Shown: positions 48,951-61,527 of the stretch, piece by piece
How positions within the stretch are numbered: position 1 is the first letter of the stretch
Layout of the letters: every line of letters begins with the position of its first letter
NCBI RefSeq assembly: GCF_006345805.1
Contig: NC_043002.1
Location: forward strand, 50,158,001 to 50,222,000
DNA from: Octopus sinensis
Taxonomy: Eukaryota
Reading direction: 5' to 3'
DNA length: 64,000 nucleotides
The notes under the pieces: model-generated
What the model saw: the letters and a program-made list of their open reading frames with translations, nothing else
What the model was told of the DNA's origin: nothing
Database searches by the model: none
Program-made: the position numbers and the translations under genes

Positions 48951-49199
48951 CTTTAGACAAATACTGAAAACTTAGTGTTGAGAATTCAGATTAGGCCATG
49001 TGTTTCAATAGGTATAAGAAATACTTTATTAGTCTCTATTTACAAATAGAAAAGTCAGAGTCATTTATACTATAGATCAGTGAGTAGAAGATTTACCCTT
49101 ACTCTCTCTCTTACTCTTGCTCTCTTCCACCCTCACCTTCTCTTGTTCCTGATTGCTCTCTCTTGCTCTCTAACTAGAGTAACCATCTACCTCATCTAC

Positions 49200-49705
49200 A
49201 ATAAGACATCTGTTTCTGTCCCCATGTCTTACCCTTATCTTTCATCCCTTGGCACCAGGCCACCACTTCCAATAATCCCCTCTTCTCAAAGAAACTTTGT
49301 CTTGCAAGTTACTTGGTGATTTGCTAGTGCTACATAAAAAGCATCCAGTTCACCCTGTAAAGTGGTTGGTATTTGGAAAAGCATCCAGCTGTAAAAACTA
49401 TGCCAAAGCAGACCTTGCCTGTACTGACTAGTGCTACTTTAAAAGCACCCAGCCCACTTTGGCATTAGGAAGAGTATGCAGCCATAAAAACCATGCCTCA
49501 ACAGACATCACTGGTGCTGATGCTGGTGCCACACGAAAAGCATCAGTCCACTCTGTAAGACAGTTGGCATTAGGCAGGGCATCCAGCTGTAAAAACCATA
49601 CCAAAACAGTGTAGCTTGATGCAGTCTTCTGGCTTGCCAGCTCCTGTCAAACTGTCCAGTACATACCAGCATGGATGCTTAACAATAAATGATTATGATG
49701 ATGAT
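49200..49705 (+). mobile_element. family C element with three tandem ~105-110-bp modules
   Basis: GTGC.AC..AAAAGCA.CCAG...GGCATTAGGAAG.GCATCCAGC..TAAAAAC repeated three times, ending in (GAT)n. Confidence 0.7.
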
Positions 49706-49997
49706 GATACACACACACACACACAGTTGCCAAAGGATCCCTGCCTTCTCAAATTATTTATCTCACCAAATTTCAATTCTATTTTTAATTCTTCTGGTAA
49801 TTATTTTCTCATTACACCTCACAGTTCCTGTGCTATTTGAAGCCATGTCTCTTACTGGGTGTGTACTTGTAAAAAAAATCCATATATGGCTGTATAGTTA
49901 AGGAGCTTGCTTTGGAAGCACATGGCAAAAGCTCAGTTCAAATCCATGGCACCTTGGGCTAATGTCTTCTACTGTAACTCCAGGCTGGCCAATACCT

Positions 49998-50039
<42 letters not shown>

Positions 50040-50169
50040 CCTCATGGCAGTACCCAGATTGGCCGCTGTCCAGTGACTGAAGCAAAGAGCAAAAAAGGAA
50101 AGAATACCTGGTTGAGCACTTTATTAAAAATAACTTTTTGTTTAATATCTAAAAATATTAACTTGTGAC

Positions 50170-50460
50170 TCTGACCATTGGCAATATGCCGCTCTTGAGA
50201 AAAAGACCCATAAAACCAAGTGAAATCATAGTCATGGCAGATACTGGTGTCATGCAACTGGCACCCATGCTGGTGATACATAAAGGCATCCATTACATTC
50301 TTGGAGTGGTTGGCATTAGGAAGGGCATCCAGCTGTAGAAACCATGTCAAAATCAGACTGGGGTCTCGTACAACCCCTCAGCTTAATAGCCTTGTTCAAA
50401 CTGTCCAACTTATGCCAGCATGGACAATGGACATTAAATGATAATGATGATGATGATAAA
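50170..50460 (+). mobile_element. RTE 3'-tail element, family C
   Basis: GGAGTGGTTGGCATTAGGAAGGGCATCCAGCTGTAG...GCCAGCATGGACAATGGACATTAAATGATAATGATG. Confidence 0.75.
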
Positions 50461-50974
50461 CAATAACTTCGTTGGTTGTATATTTCCTTTGGGTTTACTG
50501 CATTCAGAATGGTGAAGATGACAAGGGACTGTCTGTAAAATTTGGGTAGAATAAATGTTACAATGGGTTATTTTATGTGGTTTCTTGGTTTTCTTTTAAA
50601 CTTGACCCTCCACCTGTTTCTAAGCAAATTGCCATTTTCCAATAACCCAGCATGATTTTCACTGGAAGACTGAAAACAAACATCGCTTTGATGATGATAA
50701 TGATGATGATACCAGTGATGTTTGTTTCAATTGCTCTAAAGATTACTGAATAAGTTTTGCACCAATTGTATTATCTCTCATTGCATTAACAAAAGTAATA
50801 ATAATAATAATAATAATAATAATCATCATCGTTTAACATCCGCTTTCCATGCTAGCATGGGTTGGACGATTTTGACTGAGGGCTGGCGAACCAGATGGCT
50901 GCACCAGGCTCCAATCTTGATTTGGCCGTTTCTACAGCTGGATGCCCTTCCTAATGCCTAATAATAATAATAAT

Positions 50975-51598
50975 ATCTTCTACTGTAGCCACAAGGCCTG
51001 AAATTTGGGAGAAGGGATTAAGTTGATTACATTGACTCCAGTGTGTAACTGGTACTTAGTTTTAATTGACTCCTAAAGGATGAAAGGCAAAGTTGACCTT
51101 GGTGGAATTTGAATGCAGAACATGAAGACAGGCGAAGTACCACTAAGCATGCCGATATTTTTGCCAGCTCACCACCTAATAATAATAATGATAACGATAA
51201 TCCTTTCTTCAAGTAGGAGGGGACTAGTCAATGACATTGACCCCAGTGTTCAACTGGTACTTTATCATCTCTGAAAGGATGAAAGGCAAAGTGAACCGTG
51301 GTGGAATTTGAACTCAGAACATAATAAAGTCTGACAAAATACCTCTAAGCATTTTGTCTAACATGCTAATATTTCTGCCTGCTTACCACTTTAATAATGA
51401 TGATAATAGTAATCTTTTCTGCTATAGGCACAAGGCCTGACGTTTTGAGGGAAGGTGGCTAGTTGATTACATTGCCCCCCCCCCCCTGCTCAATTCATCG
51501 ACCACAAAATGTTAAAATGCCATCTTGGCTTTGGCAGAATTTGAACTGTAAAGCCAAGCAATTTGTCTTGTGTGCTAATGACTCTGCCAGCTTAACGA
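50975..51598 (-). mobile_element. three tandem family B SINEs (duplicated at ~52955-53580)
   Basis: CACAAGGCCTGA...AAAGGATGAAAGGCAAAG...GAATTTGAA...GCCAGC, three times, separated by (AAT)n. Confidence 0.8.
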
Positions 51599-51614
51599 TA
51601 ATAATAATAATAGA

Positions 51615-51687
51615 ACTATTTTACCAAAGAACATTATATTGAAATAGCATATTTTATGCATATTAATGTACTTTGGTAAAATGGTTT
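51615..51687. repeat. small inverted repeat / hairpin (copy at ~53598-53670)
   Basis: AACTATTTTACCAAAGAACATTA pairs with TAATGTACTTTGGTAAAATGGTT (21/23). Confidence 0.8.
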
Positions 51688-51744
51688 GCATCGTTATTGA
51701 AGATGCCATACAGTATTCAATATTGTGATGTAGATTGAAGATAT

Positions 51745-52323
51745 TGTGTGAACCTAGGGATTTCTACTATCTGTCAAGTCACGACAAGGACTTCAGACAG
51801 ACAGTCCTTTTCTTTGCAATATGCATGCAGTTCCAAGTAAAGCCAATTTTTGCCATACACCAACTTTGTAGAGTATTTTTCTAAAGTTTCCAGGGGTTTC
51901 TTCAGGCTGGTGGTAAAGAACCAATGTTCCGATAGCAATAGGAGCAATCCTTATGCTTGTCTCTTGCAGCTGCTACATCTTAGCAATCTCTTAGGTCACT
52001 ATATTTATCAACCTTTTTTCTTGATAATATGTTGATCTCCTGGTGCTGCCACATTGATTTACTAAGCATTCTTGTTTGTTCCTCCTAAAGGTTACTATAT
52101 CCAGACTCTGGTTCTCTAACATCTTGTCTGTCTGGAAGTGAAAGTCCCAGAGGATCTTTGCCATCCCATTTTCGTACATTACCTTTTCCAGTGTATGTTG
52201 GTACCAAGCACCTGTTACCTCGTATCCATACTTCTGGCATAGAAGCCACTGAAGTTTCTGGACTCTCAACTCCATTGTTGGTAAATCCTTCTGCATTAGC
52301 AGTATACTGTAGCAGGTCTTGTA
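51745..52323 (-). mobile_element. 5'-truncated R4/Dong-type LINE, restriction-like endonuclease domain (pseudogene)
   Basis: QKLQWLLCQKYG...WYQHTLEKVMYENGMAKILWDFHFQTDKMLENQSLDIV..., then frameshifted INVAAPGDQHIIKKK / VDKYSDL / IAPIAIGTL / KLALLGTACIL. Confidence 0.8.
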
Positions 52324-52338
52324 TTACCATCATCATCA

Positions 52339-52377
<39 letters not shown>

Positions 52378-52379
<2 letters not shown>

Positions 52380-52515
52380 GAGAAGGCAACAAGCTGACAG
52401 TATTGTTAGTACACCAGGCAAAATCCTTTGTGGCAGTTTGTCTGTCTTTACATTCTCAATTCAAATTCCCTCTCCCAAATTTCAGGCCTTGTGCCTATAA
52501 TAGAAAGGATTATTA

Positions 52516-52546
<31 letters not shown>

Positions 52547-52762
52547 CACCATCATTATTAAGGCAGTGAGATGGCAGAATTGTTAGCACGCTGGATGAAA
52601 TGCTTAGTGGTATTTTGTCCATCACTATGTTCTCAGTTCTAATTCAGCTGAGGTTGACTTTTTCTTTCATCTTTTTGAGGTACCAGTGATACACTGGGGG
52701 ATTGATGTAATCAACTCATCCCCATCTCCCCAAAACTGCCCTTGTGGCAAAAATTTGAAATG
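52378..52762 (+). mobile_element. two family B SINEs (duplicated at ~54370-54750)
   Basis: AAGGCAACAAGCTGACAG... and AAGGCAGTGAGATGGCAGAATTGTTAGCACGC..., each ending in (ATT)n or (AAT)n. Confidence 0.8.
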
Positions 52763-53729
52763 ATGATAATAATAATAATAATATAATAATAATAATATAA
52801 TAATCATCATCGTTTAACATCCGCTTTCCATGCTAGCATGGGTTGGACGATTTTGACTGAGGGCTGGCGAACCAGATGGCTGCACCAGGCTCCAATCTTG
52901 ATTTGGCCGTTTCTACAGCTGGATGCCCTTCCTAATGCCTAATAATAATAATAATATCTTCTACTGTAGCCACAAGGCCTGAAATTTGGGAGAAGGGATT
53001 AAGTTGATTACATTGACTCCAGTGTGTAACTGGTACTTAGTTTTAATTGACTCCTAAAGGATGAAAGGCAAAGTTGACCTTGGTGGAATTTGAATGCAGA
53101 ACATGAAGACAGGCGAAGTACCACTAAGCATGCCGATATTTTTGCCAGCTCACCACCTTAATAATAATAATGATAACGATAATCCTTTCTTCAAGTAGGA
53201 GGGGACTAGTCAATGACATTGACCCCAGTGTTCAACTGGTACTTTATCATCTCTGAAAGGATGAAAGGCAAAGTGAACCGTGGTGGAATTTGAACTCAGA
53301 GCATAATAAAGTCTGACAAAATACCTCTAAGCATTTTGTCTAACATGCTAATATTTCTGCCTGCTTACCACTTTAATAATGATGATAATAGTAATCTTTT
53401 CTGCTATAGGCACAAGGCCTGACGTTTTGAGGAAAGGTGGCTAGTTGATTACATTGCCCCCCCCCCCCCTGCTCAATTCATCGACCACAAAATGTTAAAA
53501 TGCCATCTTGGCTTTGGCAGAATTTGAACTGTAAAGCCAAGCAATTTGTCTTGTGTGCTAATGACTCTGCCAGCTTAACGATAATAATAATAATAGAACT
53601 ATTTTACCAAAGAACATTATATTGAAATAGCATATTTTATGCATATTAATGTACTTTGGTAAAATGGTTTGCATCGTTATTGAAGATGCCATACAGTATT
53701 CAATATTGTGATGTAGATTGAAGATATTG

Positions 53730-54310
53730 TGTGAACCTAGGGATTTCTACTATCTGTCAAGTCACGACAAGGACTTCAGACAGACAGTCCTTTTCTTTGC
53801 AATATGCATGCAGTTCCAAGTAAAGCCAATTTTTGCCATACACCAACTTTGTAGAGTATTTTTCTAAAGTTTCCAGGGGTTTCTTCAGGCTGGGTGGTAA
53901 AGAACCCAATGTTCCGATAGCAATAGGAGCAATCCTTATGCTTGTCTCTTGCAGCTGCTACATCTTAGCAATCTCTTAGGTCACTATATTTATCAACCTT
54001 TTTTCTTGATAATATGTTGATCTCCTGGTGCTGCCACATTGATTTACTAAGCATTCTTGTTTGTTCCTCCTAAAGGTTACTATATCCAGACTCTGGTTCT
54101 CTAACATCTTGTCTGTCTGGAAGTGAAAGTCCCAGAGGATCTTTGCCATCCCATTTTCGTACATTACCTTTTCCAGTGTATGTTGGTACCAAGCACCTGT
54201 TACCTCGTATCCATACTTCTGGCATAGAAGCCACTGAAGTTTCTGGACTCTCAACTCCATTGTTGGTAAATCCTTCTGCATTAGCAGTATACTGTAGCAG
54301 GTCTTGTATT
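53730..54310 (-). mobile_element. R4/Dong-type LINE fragment, duplicate copy
   Basis: Same peptide as 51745-52323 (ORF 53976-54281). Confidence 0.8.
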
Positions 54311-54323
54311 ACCATCATCATCA

Positions 54324-54370
<47 letters not shown>

Positions 54371-54837
54371 GAGAAGGCAACAAGCTGACAGTATTGTTAG
54401 TACACCAGGCAAAATCCTTTGTGGCAGTTTGTCTGTCTTTACATTCTCAATTCAAATTCCCTCTCCCAAATTTCAGGCCTTGTGCCTATAATAGAAAGGA
54501 TTATTATTGTTATTATTATTATTATTATTATTATCACCATCATTATTAAGGCAGTGAGCTGGCAGAATTGTTAGCACGCTGGATGAAATGCTTAGTGGTA
54601 TTTTGTCCATCACTATGTTCTCAGTTCTAATTCAGCTGAGGTTGACTTTTTCTTTCATCTTTTTGAGGTACCAGTGATACACTGGGGGATTGATGTAATC
54701 AACTCATCCCCATCTCCCCAAAACTGCCCTTGTGGCAAAAATTTGAAATGATGATAATAATAATAATAATAATAATAATATAATAATAATCATTATCATT
54801 ATTATTATTATCATTATTATTATTGTTATTATTATAT

Positions 54838-55262
54838 CTGAGGTAGTGAGGTAGCAGAATAGTCATCATACCAAGCAAAATTTTTAGTGGCATTTTGTCT
54901 GTCTTTATGTTCAGAGTTCAAATGTAGTTCAAAGTTGATATTCCCTTTCATTTTTTTTAGGTTGATGAAATAAGTACCAGTTGAGTACTGGGATCAACAT
55001 AATTGACTTACACCATCCCTAAATTGCAAGCCTTATGCCAAAAATTTGAAACTAATTGTTATCATGGTTATTATTAAGGCGGCAAGCTGGCAGAATCGTT
55101 AGCATGCTGGGCAAAATGCTTAGCAGTATTTTGTCTGCACTACATTCTGAGTTCAAATTCCGCCAAAGTCGATCCTGCCTTTCATCCTTTCGGGGTCGAT
55201 AAGTTAAGTACCAGTGAAATTCTGGGGTTGATGTAATCAACTACCCTGCTTCCCCAAAAAAG
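54838..55262 (+). mobile_element. two tandem family B SINEs
   Basis: Second copy is well preserved: AAGGCGGCAAGCTGGCAGAATCGTTAGC...GAGTTCAAATTCCGCC...CCTTTCGGGGTCGATAAG. Confidence 0.85.
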
Positions 55263-55994
55263 AAATAGTAGTAATAATAATAATTATTATCATTAGTGTA
55301 ATGAGAAATTGATGCAAAACTTATTCTGTAGTCTTTTGAGCAATTGAAGCCAAGTGATATCAAGGAAAAGTAGATGTTGAAGGATGATGATGATGATGGT
55401 GGCGGCAGCTTTATTGTGTATACACGTTTTGTATTCTGTTTTTTAATCCATGGAGAAAAATTACTGGCTGTAGCCTCCCAATAGGGACCCCTCGTATGTG
55501 GGGATGGTTTGTTGAGGCATTGAAGCTTCAGTTTTATTATTTATAACTGATCTATTGGTGGGAAGATGCGGTTGCTCATTCAGTAGTTCCAATCCTAGGT
55601 TTGGCAGTGCATTCAGTCCTGGTTGTCTGAGACGCGATAGAACACAAGAGACAATTTAAGCATACCTCTATACACATTCACGCACACACACAAACCTGCA
55701 GTAATGTGCTCTACACAAACATATTTATGCATGCAAAAACATGCTTTTCAAGCTGTTACTTTAGCACTCATTTGTGCATACACTCACTCATTCGCCTGCA
55801 CTCTCCTTTTCTCACTCTCACTCTCCACCTCTTGCTCCCCTCTCTCTCTCACACATTATTTGCTGTGTACTTAGTGCCATGTAACAATCCATGTTGTCAA
55901 ACTCCATATACCCCAGCTCTTTAAACTCTCCTTTTTGTTTTATTGTCATTCCTTGTTGCTATCATCTTCCCCATCACCACTATCGGTGGGGGTG

Positions 55995-56198
55995 GGGGGG
56001 GGGTTCATCTTCATGGTTGTCATCATCATCATCATCATCACCACCATCATCATTGCCGTCATTGTGATTATCACAGGGTTTTTCTCCATCCATGCCACCC
56101 CAACTTGCTGGCTAGAATTTATAACCCCTTTTCATTATCATTCAAAATTGAACATCATCAAAACTGACACCATCATCATCGGGAGTCATCACCAACTT

Positions 56199-56229
<31 letters not shown>

Positions 56230-56290
56230 ACAATCAAGAACATGATCATCATCACCATCGTCATCATCATCATCATCATCATCACTCTTT
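55995..56290. repeat. (CAT/CAC/CAG)n low-complexity tract
   Basis: Read directly. Confidence 0.85.
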
Positions 56291-56458
56291 AATGGAAGTA
56301 ACTGTCACGTCACATGACCAATCAACACGAGCTACTTCAGTTTGGAGCTTATCATTTGGAACTCCGCCATCTCCTGTGTCTTCCACCCAACCACTTCCTT
56401 GCTATCTGCCTCTTATCTTGCCATTACTGTACATCTGTATGTGTGTGTCTCACTCTCT

Positions 56459-56508
<50 letters not shown>

Positions 56509-56739
56509 GCATGCACATACATAAATACATGCATATATAAATGTGTGTGTGTATGTATATGTGTGTGTGTGTATTAGTTTATCTGTCTATTAATCTATCT
56601 CTGTATATCTGCCCATCTCCGTCTATCCATCAATCCACTCTCAAACCCACCCACCTGTAGGTGTCCCTCTCTAAATTTCATGTAATGTCTCTTAATATTT
56701 CCTTTTGTCCCTTCTGTCTATCAGTTTATGTATCTGCAT

Positions 56740-56742
<3 letters not shown>

Positions 56743-56831
<89 letters not shown>
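56743..56831. repeat. long (CT)n(CA)n microsatellite
   Basis: Read directly. Confidence 0.95.
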
Positions 56832-56833
<2 letters not shown>

Positions 56834-57724
56834 GAGTCTCCCTGTGTGTGTCTCTTTTTGATTGATATATATATATATATATATGTGTGGTGTGTGTACA
56901 TACATACATACATACATATATATATATATATTTACTTACATGCACACATATGTGCATGAGAGTCTGTGTGTGTGTGTATATATATATATATGTTTCTGCA
57001 ACTCTTTACCTTCTACTTTTTATGTGTGTATGTATGTATGTATCTCTCTCTCTATCTATCTATCTATCTATCTGTCTATCTCTCAATGTAACCATCTTCC
57101 TCCCCTGACACACTGTTCTCTGTCTTTTCATCTTACCAGTATACTCACACATCCATGCATCCACCTATCTCCCTCTCTCTCTCCCTCTCCATCTCTCTCC
57201 CCTTATTCCTTTTTCTCTTTCTCTGGCCCAGAATCTTTCAAACACAAAAGGGACAACCCCCCACTCCCATCTCACTCTTCCCCCGCACCACCTCTTCACA
57301 GCTATTACTTTGATGAGACTGACTGACTGTTGGTCTGTCTGTCTGTCTTTCTCTCTCTCTCTCTCTGACAGACTGACTGATGGATGGACAGACAGACAGG
57401 CAGACAGGCAGACAGACAGGCACAGCAAACCAGCAAAGCTAAACTGATCTATGCCTAGTCTTTACCCAGTCCATCTTGATAGACGTGGTCTATTGAACTT
57501 CATCATGATGGAATTATTGAATAACTTGGCAGCTGAGTATTATTAATAAAACTCGCAGCTACTTTCAGCTGCCTATTGCATGCACAACGCCAGTAGAATT
57601 CTACTGCACACCACTCCAGAACTGTCAATCAATATTGACTGCCTCAATGATTTAAACAGCAGTCCCAAACAGTTGCTGCGTATGGCTTTATAAACGGTCA
57701 GAATTTGCAGGCCAGCCATTGATC

Positions 57725-57752
57725 TGCGTGTGTGTTTTTGTGCTTGTGTGTA

Positions 57753-57785
<33 letters not shown>

Positions 57786-58390
57786 CAGAGTTGGTGCGTG
57801 ATTGTATTCCTGGGTCTGTTGGCTGTGTGTGCCTCTGTGTGTGTAGATAGCTGTCTGTGATTCTGTGTAGCTGTGTTTGTATCTGTAGCTAGCTGTGAGT
57901 GTATGTATATGTATATACATGTCTGTATGTATATACATGTCTGTATACGTATATACATGCTTGTGTGTGTGTCCATGCTGCTGCTTCTCTGTCGTTTGTT
58001 GACTCTGTGTGCACTTGTATGTGAGTGTGTGTGTGAATAAGTGTATGTATATATATATGTATATATGGATAGATAGACATATAGCTTTATTTGTGTATGT
58101 AGCTGTGTGAGGGAGTATATATACATATATGTTGGTGTGTTTTTGTGCGTGCATATGTGTAGCTGTAGCTGTATGTGTTCTGCCTTTGTTTCTGTGTGTG
58201 CATGTAAGTGTCTCTTGCCTTTGCATAAGTCTGTGCTTGTGTTGATGTATATACCATGTCTGTTCATGTGTGTATTTTTTTCTGTATGTACATCTCTATT
58301 TCACTGTCTGAACTTGCGACTGTATAGTAATTATGTACATGTTTTTATATGTCTAACTGTACACTTGTGCACACACACATACACTTATCT
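57725..58390. repeat. degenerate (TG)/(TGTA)/(TGTAGC) simple-sequence field
   Basis: Read directly; source of the 217-aa and 189-aa pseudo-ORFs. Confidence 0.8.
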
Positions 58391-59084
58391 GTGAATATAT
58401 GTCAGTTTGTGCCTAATTTATGCAAAAGTTCCAAAATATACGTCCATAAAATCATATATATTATTATTCATCGTTTTATACTGAATGTGTCTATATCATC
58501 TCTTTGGATCTTTGCACAGTTTAGGTGTTTCAGTTCAGTTCAAAATTATTTGTAATCCTGTCATAACAGCAACACATTCCTATCCATTATTTCTTCCAAT
58601 TATCTCCTCTTCCCTTTGACGGTCACTCAATTCTGCCACTAGAGGTATTTCTGTCTGTATCCATACATCAGTTCATTTAGGTAATATCCTTTTCGAAGAG
58701 TGGTACTGTGAATATGGTAACGATAGTCATTGCAAAGTTTTTCTTTGTTAAATTTTGTTGCATGTTTAAAAGATTGTATCATTTTGTGACATTTTCAAGC
58801 ATTCATTTCAAATATTCATTTCTTGATAGCAAAAACCTTGTTCTAATTATCATCATCAGCATTTAGCTTCCACTTTTCAATATTTATATTGGTCAAATAG
58901 AATTTGAGGAACAGATTTTCTATGGCCAGATGCCCATTCCATTGCTAACTCTCATCTGCTTCCTAGCAAAGTAATATTTACCATGGCCTGACATGTCTTT
59001 CGCAGAAGGTGGAAACAAAACATTGCATATATGACTTGTCCAAACAAAGTACACACAAATACGAACACACACTTGTGTATTCAA

Positions 59085-59600
59085 CAAGCTTCTTTCAGTT
59101 TCCGTCCACTAAATCTTTTTACAAAGGCTTTGGTCTGCCCAGAGCTATTGTAGAATACACTTGCTCAAGGTGCTTCACAGTGGAACGGGACCATGTGTTT
59201 GGGGAGCAAAATTCTTACCATATACCCATACCTGCACCTATTTCTTTTCTTTTATACTTTTACATGTTTCAGTCATTTGCCGGCAGCCATGCCTTTAGTA
59301 GAACAAACCGAACCCAGGACTTATTCTTTGTAAGCCTAGTACTTATTCTATCAGTCTCTGTTGCTGACCCACTAAGTTAAGGGGATATAAACATACCAAC
59401 ATCAGTTGGTATGTCAAGTGATAGTAGGAAGACAATCGCAGACACACAAATATATACAAATAAAACAGGCTTCTTTCAGATTCCATCTACCAAATCGACC
59501 CATAAGGCTTTGTAGAAGACGCTGCCATACAGTGGGACTAAACCCAGAACCATGTAGTTGGGAAGCAAGTTTCTTACCACACAGTCACTCCTATACAAAC
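59085..59600 (-). mobile_element. two family A SINEs in tandem
   Basis: CTTCTTTCAG.TTCC.TC...CTTACCA at ~59087-59240 and ~59255-59600. Confidence 0.75.
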
Positions 59601-59707
59601 ACACACATACATACATATGGTTCTGGGTTCAGTCCCACTGCACAGCACCTTGAGCAAATGTCTTCTACTGTAGCCCCTGGCTGACCAAAATCTTGTGAGT
59701 GTATTTA

Positions 59708-59742
<35 letters not shown>

Positions 59743-60346
59743 ATCTGTTTTGATCATTAGACTGTGGTCATGGTGGAGCATTACCTTGAAGCACTTTTAG
59801 TCAAATATATCAACCCCAGTACTTTTTGTTTCAAAGCCTGGTGCTTATTCTAATAGTCTGTTTTGCTGAGGCTCTAAGTTATGGGGGAAGTAAAGAATCC
59901 AACATTGGTTGCCAAGCGATGGTGAGAGACAAAGATAGACAACAAAGATACAAGCATCATCATCATCATCATACTATTGTTTTAAATATGACGACACCCG
60001 CATTTACATAGGCGCACACACATAGAAGTGTGATGATCTAATAAACAAGCATACTCAGCCTTTGTGAGTCTTAATTTGCTTTCCCTTTTCAATCCTTCTC
60101 TCTTTTTACTTTTTCCTTTATCTCCTCTCTCTTATTTCTTTATCCTCTCCATCTCTCTCATACTAATCTTGTGCCACTTGGTCTCATCTCTGTTCTATAT
60201 CTCTGACATCCACTTCTCATCAATGTATAGCTTCTCTCCCCACTCTCCATCTCTCCTCCACCAAATTCTGTGTCATTTTCTATCTCTCAGCCTCTCTTTT
60301 TTTTTCTCCTTGTTTCTTATCTCCCATTTCCTTAATTTCTTGTTCC

Positions 60347-60380
<34 letters not shown>

Positions 60381-60764
60381 TCCCTCTGTAATTAATCTCC
60401 TCTCCCTTCCCATTCTCTCCCTACCACTTTCAACCCCCCCCCACTGACTAGTTAACCATCCATCCATCCATCCTTCTATCCATTGGTACCAATCTGTCTG
60501 GTCACATGTCTGCCTCTGCTACTCCTCCCTCTTTCTCAGTGCTGTGCTTTCATCTGTGACAAGTTCAGCTGTGAATGATAGATGGATGGCTGCTGAAGAT
60601 CTGATGGTATGATCAGTGATTGGTGCCTGGGTGGTGTGCTGGGGGTGCGGGTATATTATATGGTGGTGGTGTTGTATAAGTGGTTTGAGAAGTGAATAAT
60701 GGATACAAAATGATGGTTGTGGTTGCATTGGTGGTGTGGTGTCTGGATTTGAAAATAAAGATAG

Positions 60765-61080
60765 GTGCAGGCGTGGCTGTATGGTAAGAAGATTGTTTCT
60801 CAACCACATGGGTCTGGGTTCAGTCCTACTGCATGGCACTTCGCACAAATGTCATGCTATTCTAGGCCCAGGCTGACCAAAGCCGTATGAGTGTATTTAT
60901 GTGGGTGTGTTTCATTTGTGCTCCACCCCTATTGGACAATCAGTGTTGATTTATTTACATCTTCATAACTTAGCAGTTCAGCAAAAAGACTGATAGAATG
61001 TCGATTTGTTTGACTAAACTCTTCAAGGCAGTGCTCCAGGATGGCCACAGTCAGATAACTGAAACAAAGAAATGATGAAA
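60765..61080 (+). mobile_element. SINE family A
   Basis: GGTGCAGGCGTGGCTGTATGGTAAGAAG...GGCAGTGCTCCAGGATGGCCACAGTC. Confidence 0.8.
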
Positions 61081-61305
61081 GCTAAAGATAGTTGGGAGTT
61101 ATTTAGCCCCAGTTTAACCCTGACTCAGCTGCCTATGGTTAGAGACACTCCAACCAGAACCATTCCTGCCTTCCCTTTTATTTAAGATGAGAGAATTTGG
61201 TTGTTGTTTCTGACCAGCTGACTGGCCTTGCCCATGCTTACATATGATGGGTATTTCTCTCATACTTTTTCCTTCTACCAAATTTCACTCACATGACTTA
61301 TGTAA

Positions 61306-61527
61306 CTCTTTAGCGTTCAGGTTACTGTGTGAAATGTAATCCCTATTTATCCATACAATTTTGAATTAATCATGTATTATCTTGTAGCTTTGAGATTTTG
61401 ACGAAGTGATTATATATTTTTTTAGAATGGCATTGTTGGATAGGTGTGAGTTGTTGGATCTGGCTTGTTTGAACACAAATCAGATAGAATATTTAGGCTG
61501 GCTATGGCTAGTTTAAATGCTAATGGG
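61306..61527. mobile_element. piggyBac-type MITE, same family as 9324-9535, opposite orientation
   Basis: GTAA|CTCTTTAGCGTTCA...AAATGCTAATGGG|TTAA. Confidence 0.7.

Larger units (their letters stand above)
50800..54790. repeat. tandem duplication, ~1.98-kb period
   Basis: Units ~50824-52770 and ~52805-54760; identical ORFs 51991-52296 and 53976-54281; 3 substitutions plus homopolymer/microsatellite indels seen; junctions in (AAT)n. Confidence 0.95.

Noticed and set aside
54839-54862. let-7 seed match TGAGGTAG
   Set aside because: Degraded family B SINE head; the rest does not match let-7 and there is no precursor hairpin.
55935-56540. 201-aa His/Ile-rich ORF
   Set aside because: Made of CAT/CAC and TA/CA microsatellites.
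57573-58267. 217- and 189-aa minus-strand ORFs
   Set aside because: Mostly a (TG)n-type simple-sequence field.
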